From the human T2T-CHM13v2.0 reference genome, Homo sapiens, in the NCBI RefSeq assembly GCF_009914755.1, contig NC_060930.1: a DNA stretch of 64,000 nucleotides; one strand, written 5' to 3'. The notes beneath the pieces were generated by a model, which was not told where the DNA came from, did not search any database, and saw only the letters and a program-made list of their open reading frames with translations. The position numbers were made by a program, and so were the translations under genes. Of this stretch, positions 27,081 through 40,505 are shown in pieces (the stretch's first letter is position 1; each line of letters opens with the position of its first letter).

Positions 27081-30000
27081 AGACAGATACCATTATCTAG
27101 TCTATAGAGATGCAATCAAACTAAAGAATTCTAGAAGGGCAACTATATATACACACAAACATAAATATTTCCTAAATGAAAAACCAAATAATAAAACTAG
27201 AAAAACATAGTTAAGTATATTTTAATGCAGTTATACAATTTAATTAAAATATAAGCTAATTATTGAAATAGAAGATCTATAATATACATTAGAGAATTAT
27301 CTAAGTCTAAAATTCCAAATTATTTGACAACCTGGAAGTACATAAAATGGTGGGACAAGAGAAACTAAAAAGTTTTTAAGTTTCTCACTTCACATTTTTG
27401 ACAATTAGAAATAAATAGGTTCAAATACAAATTTTAGAAAAATAAGATGTACTCCATCCATAAAGAAAGAGATGTACCTTCAATAATCATAGTATTTGCC
27501 TCCCATAAATGAGATAAATTAATATATAGTCCTTCTCTAACATAGATGTTTCCCAGATGTCTAACAGTGGTCTAACCTTTTTTATTTTTACAGTGCTCCC
27601 AAAGCTTGCTGGCACATAAACATGAATGAATGAACAATGTAGAATTCACTCAAGAAATTTCAAGGAGAGAGAGGAGGAGATTTACATCACACAGCAAACA
27701 ACCTAATAAATCTGTTAAACGCCATGCATGTGAATAGGCGTTTTCCTCTTTTTGACCCTTTCTTTCCACATAGAACTCAGTGCTCCTTCCTCGTCCTCCG
27801 TTACAGTATTTATCGCCTTCCTTCTTCCACGCCGGGGAGCAGTCGAGGCTTGTGTTCTTCAGCGGACTTGCCAAATCATCCCCTCCAGCATGCTGCTCTC
27901 TCCCTTCCACAGATCATCTGTTAAGAAAATACATTTTTCATGTCGTTAATTTACATATACATGTGCATTATATATATGTTTATACAATGAGAGATTGTTA
28001 GGAAAATCACTACCACATATACATGCATTATATATATTACATATACATACATATGCATTATATATATACCTGCACACACATGCATATGGAAAATTGTTAG
28101 GAAAAACAGCACAGTGGTAGTGTTAGTGCTGGTTGTCTTTCGGTGGTGAGATTATACATTTTTTTCTATAATTTTCTGTATTTTCCTAATTTTCTGTGAT
28201 CCATATATGTTTTTAATCATCAAAAGATGTTGAAATTTAAACCATGTTCTACGTACATTTTACATCCCCATTTAAAGCTTTCTCATGGTTCTCCATGGCC
28301 TGCAGGATGATGCTTGATGTTCAGCTTAAGAGCTTCCTCTCCTCACTTCCCACCCCTCTGTCACTTGTAGCTCATGCCCTAATAATACCAGAGTGTTTCC
28401 TGTGCACACCCAGCTGATTCACGTCTCTTTGTCTTTGCTCACATGTCTACCTCCACCTGGAAGATAATTTCCCTTCCCCTGGCGACCTTCACACCACCCT
28501 TCTCTCCTCAGAGCAGGCACAGCTGCCCAGGAAACATTTCTGGTTGAGCCTTCCATGGGCCCTAACTGCATTTTACCCTGAAGATGAAATGATCTGTGCT
28601 TCTGTCTACCCTCCTTTCTGGACGGTAAGTTCCCAAAGGGCAGAAGCCACATTTTACTATCTTCATATCATAGCTTCTAGAAGGTTCTGCCAACATGATA
28701 CAAGCTGCAAAAATCGAACTAAACTCAAGTGACACTAGAAGTAAAAGACCTCTGGTCCACAGCGAATATATAAAGTGGATAAAGAAGCTTTCTCTCTATT
28801 CTATGCATGTTCACAACACTACTTTGACTAAATATTCAAATTGGGACTGCCAAGCACCAAGACCTAAAAATATCTGTCTTTTGAGAGACAAAACAGATAC
28901 TACTAGTTGAAAATAATGTCCCCGTGCTGTGGCTCTTTGGTATAAGAGCCCCTGCCATTAGCTCTATTAATGACAAGCAAGGGAAGAGCTGGGAAGGATG
29001 TCACATGTGAACTCATGGAATCTTAAACTTCCCTTCCAGTGCGCTTAGGAGAGTATTCTTAGCCAAAACTGCTGAGTACAGATAAAATAGTTTGCTGCTC
29101 TTTAAATCACCCTAATCTTGAAAGCAATTAACCGTGCTTTGATAATTGAATTGATTTTTCCTTCCTCATTGAGGAGCATGGACATCGGCTAGGGAACTGA
29201 AGAAAAATCTCTTGAATATCATTAAAATTAGCTGTATTGAACAGCTTAGCATATATTTCAAATTTTTTTAAAATAGTGAACTTATAAAGCCAAGGAAACA
29301 TTAGGAAAAAAATGAAATGCCATCAGGTGTGCTACTACCTTATAATGCCATAGATGAAAAGAAATGAATAATTCTGAACAATTTTTAAATACAGGAAAAG
29401 TGTAGTTTTTTCCCTACATTCATGTATAACTCAAATGTAGTTCAAGAAATTTGGCTCAGGCTTTTCCAGGATAGTTGCCTTTGAGCTGAGACAAAGAAGG
29501 AGATATTTCAGTAGAATGGCACTTATTGTTGAATGGATCAGGACTGTTGGAATGGATGGTGCTTATCAACACAGCATTGCTGTAAAAATGCTTAACTATA
29601 CACATAGACATTCTGTTGCCACAATGGGCTCAAATGAGACGCCATAGAAGTTATGATTATCATTATTATTATTGGTAAGATTACAAGAGATTGTGGCTTC
29701 ATGCAAAACCTTCCAACATTCAGGACATCCAAGGTGGGGTTCTTGGCAGAAATATTGGTCCAGGAAGAGCCAGCTGCTCTTGGGAGATCCTGCTGCTCTT
29801 TGGATACATGTTTTTTACTCCCTGGGTTTGCTCAAGTCTACTCAGAATGATGTGTGGTATCCTTTAAAGGCACTTCCAGGCTACTTTGGTTTCCTGTCTT
29901 TGTTTCCTAATAAAACTTTCTTCTGACATTAATTCAGAATTCCACTGATTCAGAATTCAGAAAACTAGGAAGGTTAAACAGCCTGGCTGCTTTTCCACTG

Positions 30001-30487
30001 AAACATGTGATGATAATTCATCTTCATAACCTCAGCCCTGAGGCATGAACAAACCATGAAATACTTCATTGACAGGCAGCAAAGCAAGATCTTAGGGCAA
30101 GTTTTGGTGCTAAGGAGAGATTTTTGATTTTTTTAAATTGGTAATCTTCAGATGGTATAAAATTGTCATTTGTATTATTCAATCAACCGGATTCTCTGAT
30201 GCCCAGTGATTCTAGAGAAATAATTACTTGTCATACCAATGTTAGAAATTTCATTCTAAAAGTTGAATTGCCTGGCTGTTGAATATGAAAGTATACATTA
30301 AGGAATCCAATATAAATTCTCAAAATTAAGTGAATTTTCTGAATTATTTTAATTGTTTACAAGAAAGATATAATTTAGGGGCAACTCTTGAATAGCAGGG
30401 TATCTTTCAAGGACTGCATAAAAATAGTTCAGTATTTATACTCATTTTCTAAATACATTTTCATTTTCATTAAAAAAATGTACTTAG

Positions 30488-32807
30488 TGATATGGTTTGG
30501 CTGTTTCCCCACCCAATGTCATCTTCAGTTGTAGTTCCCATATCCCCATGTGTTGTGAGAGGGACCTGGTGGGAGGTAATTGAATCATGGGGGCAGTTCC
30601 CCCATGCTATTCTCATGATAGTGAGTAAGTTCTCTTGAGATCTGATGGTTTTATAAGGGGCTTACCCCTTTGCTTGATTCTTGTTTTCTCTCCTGCCACC
30701 CTGTGAAGAGGTACCTTCTGCCATGATTGTAAGTTTTCAGAGGCCTCTTTCCTTTATAAATTACCCAGTCTCAGGCAGTTCTTTATAGCAGCATGAATAT
30801 GAGTTAATACAGTAAATTAGTACTGGGTGGTGAGGCACTGCTGTAAAGATACCCAAAAATGTGGAAGTGACTTTGGAACTGGGTAACAGGCAGAGGTTGG
30901 AACAGTTTAGAGGGCTCAGAAGAAGACAGGAAGATGTGGGAAAGTTTGGAACTTCCTAGAGACTTCCTGAGTGGCTTTGACTAAAATGCTAATAATGATA
31001 TGGACAATGAAGTCTAGGCTGAGATGGTCTCCAATGGAGATGGAGAACTTTTTGGGAACTGGAATAAAGGTGACTCTTGCTATGTTTTAGCAAAGAGACT
31101 GGTGGCATTTTGCCCTTGCCCTAGAGATTTGTAGAACTTTGAATTTGAGAGAGATGATTTAGGGTATCTAGTGGAAGAAATTTCTAAGCAGGAAAGTGCT
31201 CAAGATGTGACTTGGGTGCTGTTAAAAGCATTCAGTTTTGTGTATTCACAAAGATATGGTTTGGAATTGGAACTTATGTTTAAAAAGGAAGCAGAGCATA
31301 AAAATTTGGAAAATTTGCAGGCTGAGGATGCAATAGAAAAGAAAAACCCATTTTCTGAGGAGAAATTCAAGCCAGCTGCAAAAATTTGCATAAGTAATGA
31401 GCCAAATGTAAATCACCAAGACAATGGGGAAAATGTCTCCAGGGCATGTAAGAGACCTTTGCAGCAGCTCCTCCCATTATAGGCCTGGTGACCTAGGTGG
31501 AAAATATGTTTTCCTGGGCTTGGCCCAGGGTTCCCCTTCTGTGTGCAATCTAGGGCTTTGGTACCATGTGTCCCAGCTGCTCTAGCCATGGTTAAAAGGG
31601 GCCAAGGTACAGCTTGGGCTGTGGCTTCAGAGGGTACAAGCCCCAGGCCTTGGCAGCTTCCACATGGTGTTGAGCCTGTGGGTGCACAGAAGTGAAGAAT
31701 TGAGGATTAGGAACCTCCAACTAGATTTCGGAGGATGTATGGAAATGCCTGGATGTCTAGGCAGAAATTTGCTGCAAGAGTGGGGCCCTCATGGAGAACC
31801 TCTGCTAGGGCAGTGTGGAAGGGAAATGTGGGGTTATGTGAGGACACAGAGTCCCCACTGGGGCACTGCCTAATGGGACTGTGAGAATAGGGCCACCATC
31901 CTCCAGACTCCAGAATGGTAGATCCACCAACAGCGTGCACTGGGCACCTGGAAAAGCCACAGGCACTCAATGCCAGCCTGTGAAAGCAGCTGGAAGGGGG
32001 ACTTTACCCTGAAAAGCCACAGGGGTGGAGCTACCCAAGGCCGGGGAGCCCACATCTTGCTTCAGTGTGGTCTGGATGTGAGACATGGAGTCAAAGGAGA
32101 TTATTTTGGAGTTTTAAGATTTAATTACTACCTAGTTGGATTTCATACTTGCATGGGGCCTGTAGCCTCTTTGTTTCAGCCGTCTCTTCCATTTAGAACA
32201 GGTGTGTTTACCCAATGCCTGTACCTCCATTGTATCTCAGAACTAACTAACTTGCTTTTGATTTTACAGACTCATAGGCCAAAGGGACTTGCCTTGTCTC
32301 AGATGAGACCTTGGACTTGGACTTCTGGGTTAATGCTGGAATGAGTTGAGATTTGGGGGACTGTTGGAAAGGCATGATTGTGTTTGGAAAGGCATGATTG
32401 TGTTTTGAAATGTGAGGACATGAGATCTGGGAGGGGCCAAAGGTGGAATGATATAGTTTGGCTGTGTCCCCATCCAAATCCAAATCTCATCTTGAATTGT
32501 AGTTCCCATAACCCCCACATGTTTTGGGAGGTGGGGGGTAACTGAATCATGGGGCGGTTCCCCCATGCTATTCTCATGATAGTGAGTAGGTTCTCATGAG
32601 ATCTGATGGTTTTATAAGGGGCTTCCCCCTTCCACTTGGTTCTCATTCTCTCTCCTGCTGCCTTGTGAAGAGGTGCCTTCCGCCATGATTGTAAGTTTTC
32701 TGAGGTCTTCCAGCCATAGGGAACTGTGAGTCAATTAAACCTCTTTCCTTTATAAATTATTCAGTCTCAAGCAGTTCTTTATAGCAGCGTGAAAATGAAC
32801 TAATACA
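30488..32807 (+). mobile_element. Two-LTR THE1 (THE1C-like) MaLR element: LTR 30488-30811, internal 30812-32448, LTR 32449-32807
   Basis: Both LTRs tgatat.gtttggctgt...taataca; THE1-int sequence (aatgtggaagtgactttggaactgggtaacaggcagagg); 5-bp TSD cttag/cctag. Confidence 0.95.
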
Positions 32808-32924
32808 CCTAGCACGCATTTATTGGGCATTTACTCTATGCACCACACTGTAATAGCTATCTAGGAAGGAAAGATAAATGAAGCAAACAAAAAGATTTTC
32901 ATTGCATTTTTGTCCATGGCAGGC

Positions 32925-33140
32925 ACTGTGTAGAGTGTGGCATCAGGTAGACAAGAGCATCAGCTTTACTGTTCATTATCTGGGTAACCTTGGGCACATT
33001 ACTTGACTAGCCTTGGAATCAGCATCCATAACATGAGTATAATAATACTTTACCTCATAGGACTTCAGGTAGAATGAAATAGGATAATGTACCTAGAGTA
33101 TTTTATATAATGTCTAACACATGGGGTTTAAATGAAGGCT
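32925..33140 (+). mobile_element. MIR
   Basis: tgggtaaccttgggcacattacttgac...aataatactttacctcatagg. Confidence 0.7.
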
Positions 33141-33408
33141 AATATTATCTCATTTAATGTAGTCATCATGACAATTGATGCCCCCTTCTCTCTTCCATGC
33201 ACTATTATTTTCTCTACTGCATTAATCCTCTATAATGTATCAATATTCAAACCTTCAGTATTTCTCCCATCTGAAAGGAACTTTGCCTTGACTCCACTTT
33301 TCCCAGCTACTGTCCCACTCCTCTGCTTCTCTTTACAACTGAAACCCTTTAAAAGAGGCTCCAGTGGTGAGCTGCAGTTGGGTTAAGAAAATAAGTAGAT
33401 CCCAAAAA

Positions 33409-33762
33409 GTATGAGTTCCTGTCCTTTGTAGGACATGGATGAAGCTAGAAACCATCATTCTGAGCAAACTATTGCAAGAACAGAAAACCAAACACCGCAT
33501 GTTCTCACTCATAGGTGGGAATTGAACAATGAGAACACTTGGACACAGGGCAGGCAACATCACACACCGGGGCCTGTCATGGAGTTGGGGGTAGGGGGAG
33601 GGATAGCATTAAGGGAAATACCTAATGTAAATGATGAGTTAATGGGTGCAGCAAACCAACATGGCACATGTATACCTATGTAACAAACCTGCACATTGTG
33701 CACATGTACCCTAGAACTTAAAGTATATATATAAAAAAAGAATTTTAAAAAAAGAGAGAAAT
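33409..33762 (+). mobile_element. L1PA4-6-like 3' end, 5'-truncated
   Basis: gcacatgtaccctagaacttaaagtat plus A tail; 18-bp TSD aaaataagt(a/g)gatcccaa at 33388-33405 and 33763-33780. Confidence 0.95.
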
Positions 33763-34772
33763 AAAATAAGTGGATCCCAAGCTTGACAGACAGAAAGCGT
33801 GGTCACAGAAGCAGCTCAGATCAGCAGATGGGACTAGATACACACATATTCGTGCACATGTAGATGCAGCACACGCACACACATACACACACACATGCAC
33901 CATCCACGTACACGAGCTGAGGAACAGGATGAAGAAAGTACATTGATGGTGTCAAGGGCTGTGAAAATATCAAGGTGCATAAAACGTTCAAGAAAACTCT
34001 TGGCTTTATCAATTAAGAGATGATTAGTCACTCTACAAGGAAATCTCAGTAAAGAGAGAATATGAGAAAACATATACCAGATGGCTTTTATCACCTCAGT
34101 GATTCCTCTCTTTTCATTTTCTCTTAAATTTCACACAAGTACGCTTTCCTTTTAACATTCTAGTAAAGCTGTTCTCATTAAGGTCACTGATAACCTCGAC
34201 ATTACTAAATCCAATGGCCAGTTTTCAGACTTCATCCTGTATCATCAGTGACATTAGCTGACCATTCTGTAGTCCTTGAAACACTTTCTACACTCAGCTT
34301 TCAAAATATCACTCTCCTTGTTTTCTTCTTACCCCACTGACAACTCCTTTTCTGGTTCCTCCTCATACCTCTTTCCCTTAATGTAAGAATATTCCAGGGC
34401 TCAGGCATAGCTCTTCTCTCCTCTCCCCTTCCCTCATTTTTACCATCCCTTCCCTTTTTACTACCCTCCTTATCTCTTCTTTCCACACTAAGCTTCATGT
34501 CTTCGAATGCAATTTATATGCTCATTAACTCCCAAATCTGTATTTATAGCACAAATTACTCATTGATTCCAGATTCACATATTCCACTGCCTACTTGACA
34601 TCTCCATTTGGAGGTGTTTTAGGCAACTCAAACTTAACATGTACAAAACTAAACTGATGTTGCTACTCATTCATTGTTGCCTACATTTCCATTAGTGCTA
34701 GCTCTGTTCCTCCAACTACTGAGTCCAGAAATCTTGGCATGATTGTTTTTGCTTCTATTTATTTCATACCCT

Positions 34773-35647
34773 ATATGGTGGTCTTAAAATATGCCCACTA
34801 TTTTTTATACTCCTCCCTTCAAATAGTGGAGCCTAATTTCACTCCCCTTGAGTGAGAGTTGGTCTTATTAACTTGTCTCTAATAAAAAAATAAAATGGAA
34901 GTGAAGATGTACAACTTTGAAGACTAGGTTGTAAATGACACTGTGACTTCCTTTTTGTTTCTCTTTTCTCACTCTGACTGTGTTAGTATGCTCTGGCTGC
35001 CATAATAAAAGCTTCTGGGTGGCTTAAACAACAAATTTTCTCACAGTTCTGGAGGCTAGGATTCCAAGATCAAGGTCCAGCATGATCAGTTTCTGGTGAG
35101 GGTTCTCTTCCTGGCTTGCAGATGCCACCTTCTCACTGGTGGAGAAAGAGAACAAGCTCTCTGGTGTCTCTTCTTTAAAGGCACTTATCTTATTGGATCA
35201 GGACCCCATTCTTATGAGCTCATCTAACCTTAATCACATCCCCAAAGGCCTTATCTCCAAATACAGTCACATTGGAGGCTGGGGTTTCAATATATGAATT
35301 TTGGGGTTGGGGGACATCCACGTATTACACCATAACACTGGGGGAAGTTAATGATCTTATCATGAAGACACACAAGCACCCAATGGAGAGATTCATGTGA
35401 CAAGGGACTGGGGCTTCCTGCCAACAGCCATGCAACGATCCATCTGAAGGCAGACCCAGTCAAGCCTTCAGATAATAGCAGCCCCTGATAGCATCCTAAT
35501 TGCAACCTAATAAGACACCCTGAGCCGAAACTACCCACCTAAGCTGCTCTCGAATTTCTGACCCACAAGAACTATGAAATAATAAATGTTTGCTTTAATC
35601 CAGTATGTGTTGAGCTAAACTGTTATGAAGCAATAGATAACTAATAT
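34773..35647 (+). mobile_element. MLT1F-type LTR (split)
   Basis: tggtggtcttaaaatatgcccac...tactcctcccttcaa..gtggagcctaatt ... gcaatagataactaat. Confidence 0.8.
34979..35337 (-). mobile_element. MLT1A/B-type LTR nested in MLT1F
   Basis: ggtggcttaaacaaca..ttctcacagttctggaggctagg..tccaagatcaagg. Confidence 0.85.
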
Positions 35648-37250
35648 GCCCCATATCCAATCCCTCAGCAAAGCTCTATGTCTTTATCTTCAAAATATAT
35701 TCAGAATCCAACCTTAATTGTACTGCCAAAATATTACGAACTATTATATCTTACCTGGGTTTTGCAATATCTTCTTAACTGGTTTCCCTAATTCTACCCT
35801 TGTCTCATTTACCAGGACAGCAATCAGAGTGAGCTTGTTAAAATATAAGTCAGATTATGTCACTTCTGTGCTCAAAACTCTCAAATTTAAAGCTAAAAAT
35901 GCTGTTGCCTCCTTGACTTCATCTCCTGCTGTTATCCTCATTCTGTCTGCTCTTGCCATATGGACCTCTTTGCCATTCCTGCATCATACCAGGCACTCTC
36001 CAAGTTCAGGGCCTTTGTGCTTGCTGTTCCCTGGTGTGAGACACTCTTCTTCCAGATATTCTGATAGCTTAACTCCTCTTCTTTAAATATTTACTTAACT
36101 ATCGATTTCTTATTTCTTATTCTCTTTCCCTGCTCCATTTTTTTTTTGCATAGCTCATATCCCCTAATCTACATAGTATATAATTTACTGTTACATTTGG
36201 TTTGTTTCTGAATCCTTCCCCACCCAGTGGAATGCTAGCTCCATGATGGCAGGGATTTTGTCTGTTTTGCTTACTCCTATATCCTCGGTATCAAGGAGTG
36301 TGCCTGGCACATACTATGTATTCATTAAAACTTGTTGTAAGAATGAATAAATAAATAAGATAAATAGGCCATGCAATTTTACTTTTTTAAAGATGAAAAA
36401 GATTTGACTTTGCCAAAAGTGACATACCTATGTTGTGGGGTTGCAAAATATGAACCTGGGTTTGCCTTGACCCTAATGTTCATTTAATTATAACACATTG
36501 CAGGGCCCATTTTATATTATTTTTTCATAACAAATATTATTGAAAGAAAAATATCCTTTTTTTCCATAAGGAAAGACTTGAAAGAAGATGGTACTGTCAG
36601 AAATCTGAGTGACACCTCACACTGTAGGGTCTTTTTCATTGCTGGAGGTACTGCAGGGACACGGTGAATCACTATTTACTTAACCACAGATACTGTAGAG
36701 GAAACTGATGCTCTGCATGAGGAATTAACCAGGTGACCTACCCATCACTGTATCAGTCCCTTTTAATGCTGATATAGGTTCCAGCTAGTCAACACGGAGT
36801 CAGTGCACAAATATTAAATTTCCAGATCCTTAAGGGAAAAGAAGGAATCAAAGAAAGAGTCAAAATTTAACCCTCTGTTGTCAATGTGGCTATTCATAGC
36901 TCTTAGAGGCAGACACTTGACTGTGGTGTGCAGAAGATGTTGAGCTTGGCTTTTGATATCTTAAAGCTTAGGAACATCCAAATGGAATATCCCAAGGCAT
37001 GATAAGTAATACCTTCCTCAAGGACTAGAGAGAGAATGGTAAAGAAATGTAGGAGGATTCCCTTCTTAGCAAAGTTTAACACAAACTCCATCAGTGCCAA
37101 GAGGACTGCTTCTTTAGGGACAGCAAACCTTGTGAAAATTTCTGATCAACCCTCCCAGGGGCCATATTTAAAGTGGTCTGAATATTGCCAATAGGAAAGT
37201 AGCATTGGCTCTTCAATTTCTGACCAGGACACAGGGACAAGAAGAGCAGG

Positions 37251-37589
37251 TGTATTAGTCCATTCTTCCACTGCTATAAGACCATACCTGAGACTGGGTA
37301 ATTTACAAAGGAAAGAGGTTTAATTGACTCACAGTTCCGCAGGGCTGGGGAAGTCTCAGGAAACTTACAATCATGGTGGACGGGGAAGCAAACGTGTCCT
37401 TCTTCACATGACAGGACGAAGGAGAAACATGAGAGCCCAGTGAAGGGAGGAGACCCTTATAAAACGAGAAAAGGATGGGGGAAACTGCCCCCATGATTCA
37501 ATTGTCTCCACCTAGTCCCTCCCACAACACGTGGGGATTATGGGAACTATACGATGAGATTTGGGTGGGGACACAGCCAAACCATATCA
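37251..37589 (-). mobile_element. THE1C/D solo LTR
   Basis: tgtattagtccatt...gggacacagccaaaccatatca; TSD gcagg/ccagg; internal deletion after ttataaaac. Confidence 0.92.
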
Positions 37590-38627
37590 CCAGGTCATTC
37601 CATTAAAGGAAGGGTACTATCCCAAAGCTTATATACATTTAACCAAGACTGACTGTTGCTGGGTGGTAGGGGAAGTAGGATACTCCTGGCCCCCAGAATG
37701 GATCAGAGAGTCAGATTCTAAGTGTTAAGTACTGCACAGCTGTCCTGGAGGCCCGGTGGACAGATAGAGCTCAGGCCTCATGTTCATGCAAGTGGGAAGG
37801 AACATCATGGGATTTCAGTTGGGAGACCTCTGCACATCCCAAAAGATTATCTAATTAGAAAATAAAATGAAAAACCAGCTCCCCTCCCCAGGCATCTCAT
37901 CACAGAATATTGCTTTATTCCTTCTGCCTTTCATACAATGGGAGGTGTCAAAATGAATGATGTAGAAGTGGTTATTGGAAAAGTGCCATGTAGTACATTT
38001 GTGTGGTATTGTTAAAATGTAAATCAAGTCAACTTCATTAGGATGCTTAGTAGTTTCAAAATCAGGCTACAGTCCTTTCTGAGGCTCAGCTTCCAGCTGG
38101 AAGGGTACTTTCCCCAGCACAGCTGTCCCTGCTACTAACTGTTCAAGGCAGAGATGGCATTTGAATATAGATTTGAATATACTGAGCAACTGACAACTAT
38201 TCTCAGTCCACATTTTAAGTCAGTTTTTCCACATTAGGAAAATACATTTTGTTCATTCAACTGACCTTGATAAGAATATAAACTCTTGCAACATGGGGTA
38301 CGGAGATGCCACTACTGTTCTCACCAGCTATGGTTGTGTACCCATGGCCTCGGGATTCAATTTGGTAGAGCAGTAAATGGGCAAAGCAGCCTTAGGTTAT
38401 AGTGCACACTACAGAGGGACAGTGCTGTTCTTCCTTGCAGGAGAGGCACAGCTTGAGGAGAGCAGTTTATCTGAGGAGCAGTTGGGGCCGGCACTGTCAG
38501 GCTCCAGGGGTGAGCTGCAAGCTGATTTTTTTAAAAAAGATGTCTCCAGCTTGATAGACAACAGGGCTATAGAAGCAACTTGGGCCAACGACTTGGGACA
38601 CATATGCAGACGCAGATACAAACAAAT

Positions 38628-38652
38628 ACACGTATACACACACACACACATG

Positions 38653-38687
<35 letters not shown>

Positions 38688-38700
38688 ATATATGCACGTA
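38628..38700. repeat. (CA)n/(CG)n alternating purine-pyrimidine tract
   Basis: Direct reading. Confidence 0.9.
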
Positions 38701-38837
38701 CAGCACAGGAACTGGTAAATGAGACAGAGAAGGAATAGGCTAGAGGTAGGATGACCAAGATGTTTTAATGACATGAAAGTCAAACACTAAGAGGAAAAGG
38801 GTGGTTAATGTCATCAGGGTTTGAAAATGGTCAAGGT

Positions 38838-39128
38838 CACTGGGTGTGGTGGCTCACGCCTGTAATCCTATCAGTTTGGGAAGCCAAGGAGGGAATATTG
38901 CTTGAACCCAGGAGTTTTAAGACCAGCCTGGGCAACATAGCAAGACCCCTGTCTCTACAAACAAAAATTAGCTGGGCTTGCTGGTGCAGGCCTGTAGCCC
39001 CAGCTACTCAGGAGGCTGAGGTGTGAGAATCACTTGAGCCCAGGAGTTTGAGGTAGCAGTGAGACATGATAGCACTACTGTAGTCTGGCCTGAGTGACAG
39101 AGCAAGACCATTTTATTAAAAAAAAAAG
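38838..39128 (+). mobile_element. AluJ
   Basis: Diverged dimer; TSD gtcaaggt. Confidence 0.93.
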
Positions 39129-39197
39129 TCAAGGTGCATAAAATATTCAAAAAGGCCCTTGGGTTTGTCAGTTAGGAGATCAGTAGTGACATCAAAA

Positions 39198-39392
39198 CAG
39201 GGGTTGGCAAACTATGGCTGTTGGCTGCTTTTGTATGGCCCACAAGCTCCGAATGGTTTTAACATTTCTAAATTTAAAAAGTATTTACCAGATAACAGCT
39301 GCTGGAATAGTTGATTATATTGCTTCTTGGTCTGAAAGCCTAAAATATTTACTATTTGTCCCTTTACAGAAAATAAGTTCACTTACTGTTGC
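39198..39392. mobile_element. MER58-type hAT-Charlie element
   Basis: caggggttggcaaactatggc...aaagcctaaaatatttactat..gtccctttacagaaaa. Confidence 0.85.
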
Positions 39393-39397
39393 TCTAA

Positions 39398-39952
<555 letters not shown>

Positions 39953-40505
39953 TAAACATGTTATAGTCTCATTGTAAAATCAGCATCAAGTCATCTGGAG
40001 TTGAATGGAAGGATTTTGGAGTATGTGCCTGCTGATGTTAGACTTTACTGGATTCAATCAAGCCAGTTTTAAGACTTTCCGCACCACCAAGTAGTGGCAA
40101 GGTGGGACATCAGCCAGTAGTCAGCAAATACTTATTGAGTGCCTACATTGTGTAGGGCACAGCAGAAAGACAATGGGGTGAGGAATCTTGGGGTGTCGGT
40201 GAGGACATCCTGAAAAGTTAAATTATGTGGTTCATTCTGTAAAAGGAGCCAACTAGGGTCAGAAAAGGATAGATGGATGAAAGATGGATGGATGAATGGA
40301 TGGATTTGGAGTTCAGAAGGGTTAAAAAACAAGAAGTGGCTGAGAGGGAAAGAACAGATTTGGTGCCTGTGAGAAAATCAGAGACATGTCAGAATGTGTG
40401 GTCACAAAGAGGACATCCCAATTACACCTCACTGTAGAGCAGGTTCAGGTCATGACAAGATCCTCAACTGTGAGCCTTCAATCCAATTTAAAGAATACTT
40501 ATTGA

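Larger units (their letters stand above)
34120..36356 (+). mobile_element. L2, split by a nested MLT1F/MLT1A insertion
   Basis: ctaaatccaatggcca, acttgacatctccatttgg, aaatataagtcagattatgtcac, gtgcctggcacata...gaatgaataa. Confidence 0.8.

Noticed and set aside
31171-32344. ORFs of 60-124 aa
   Set aside because: Fragments of the decayed THE1 internal region, broken by stops and frameshifts
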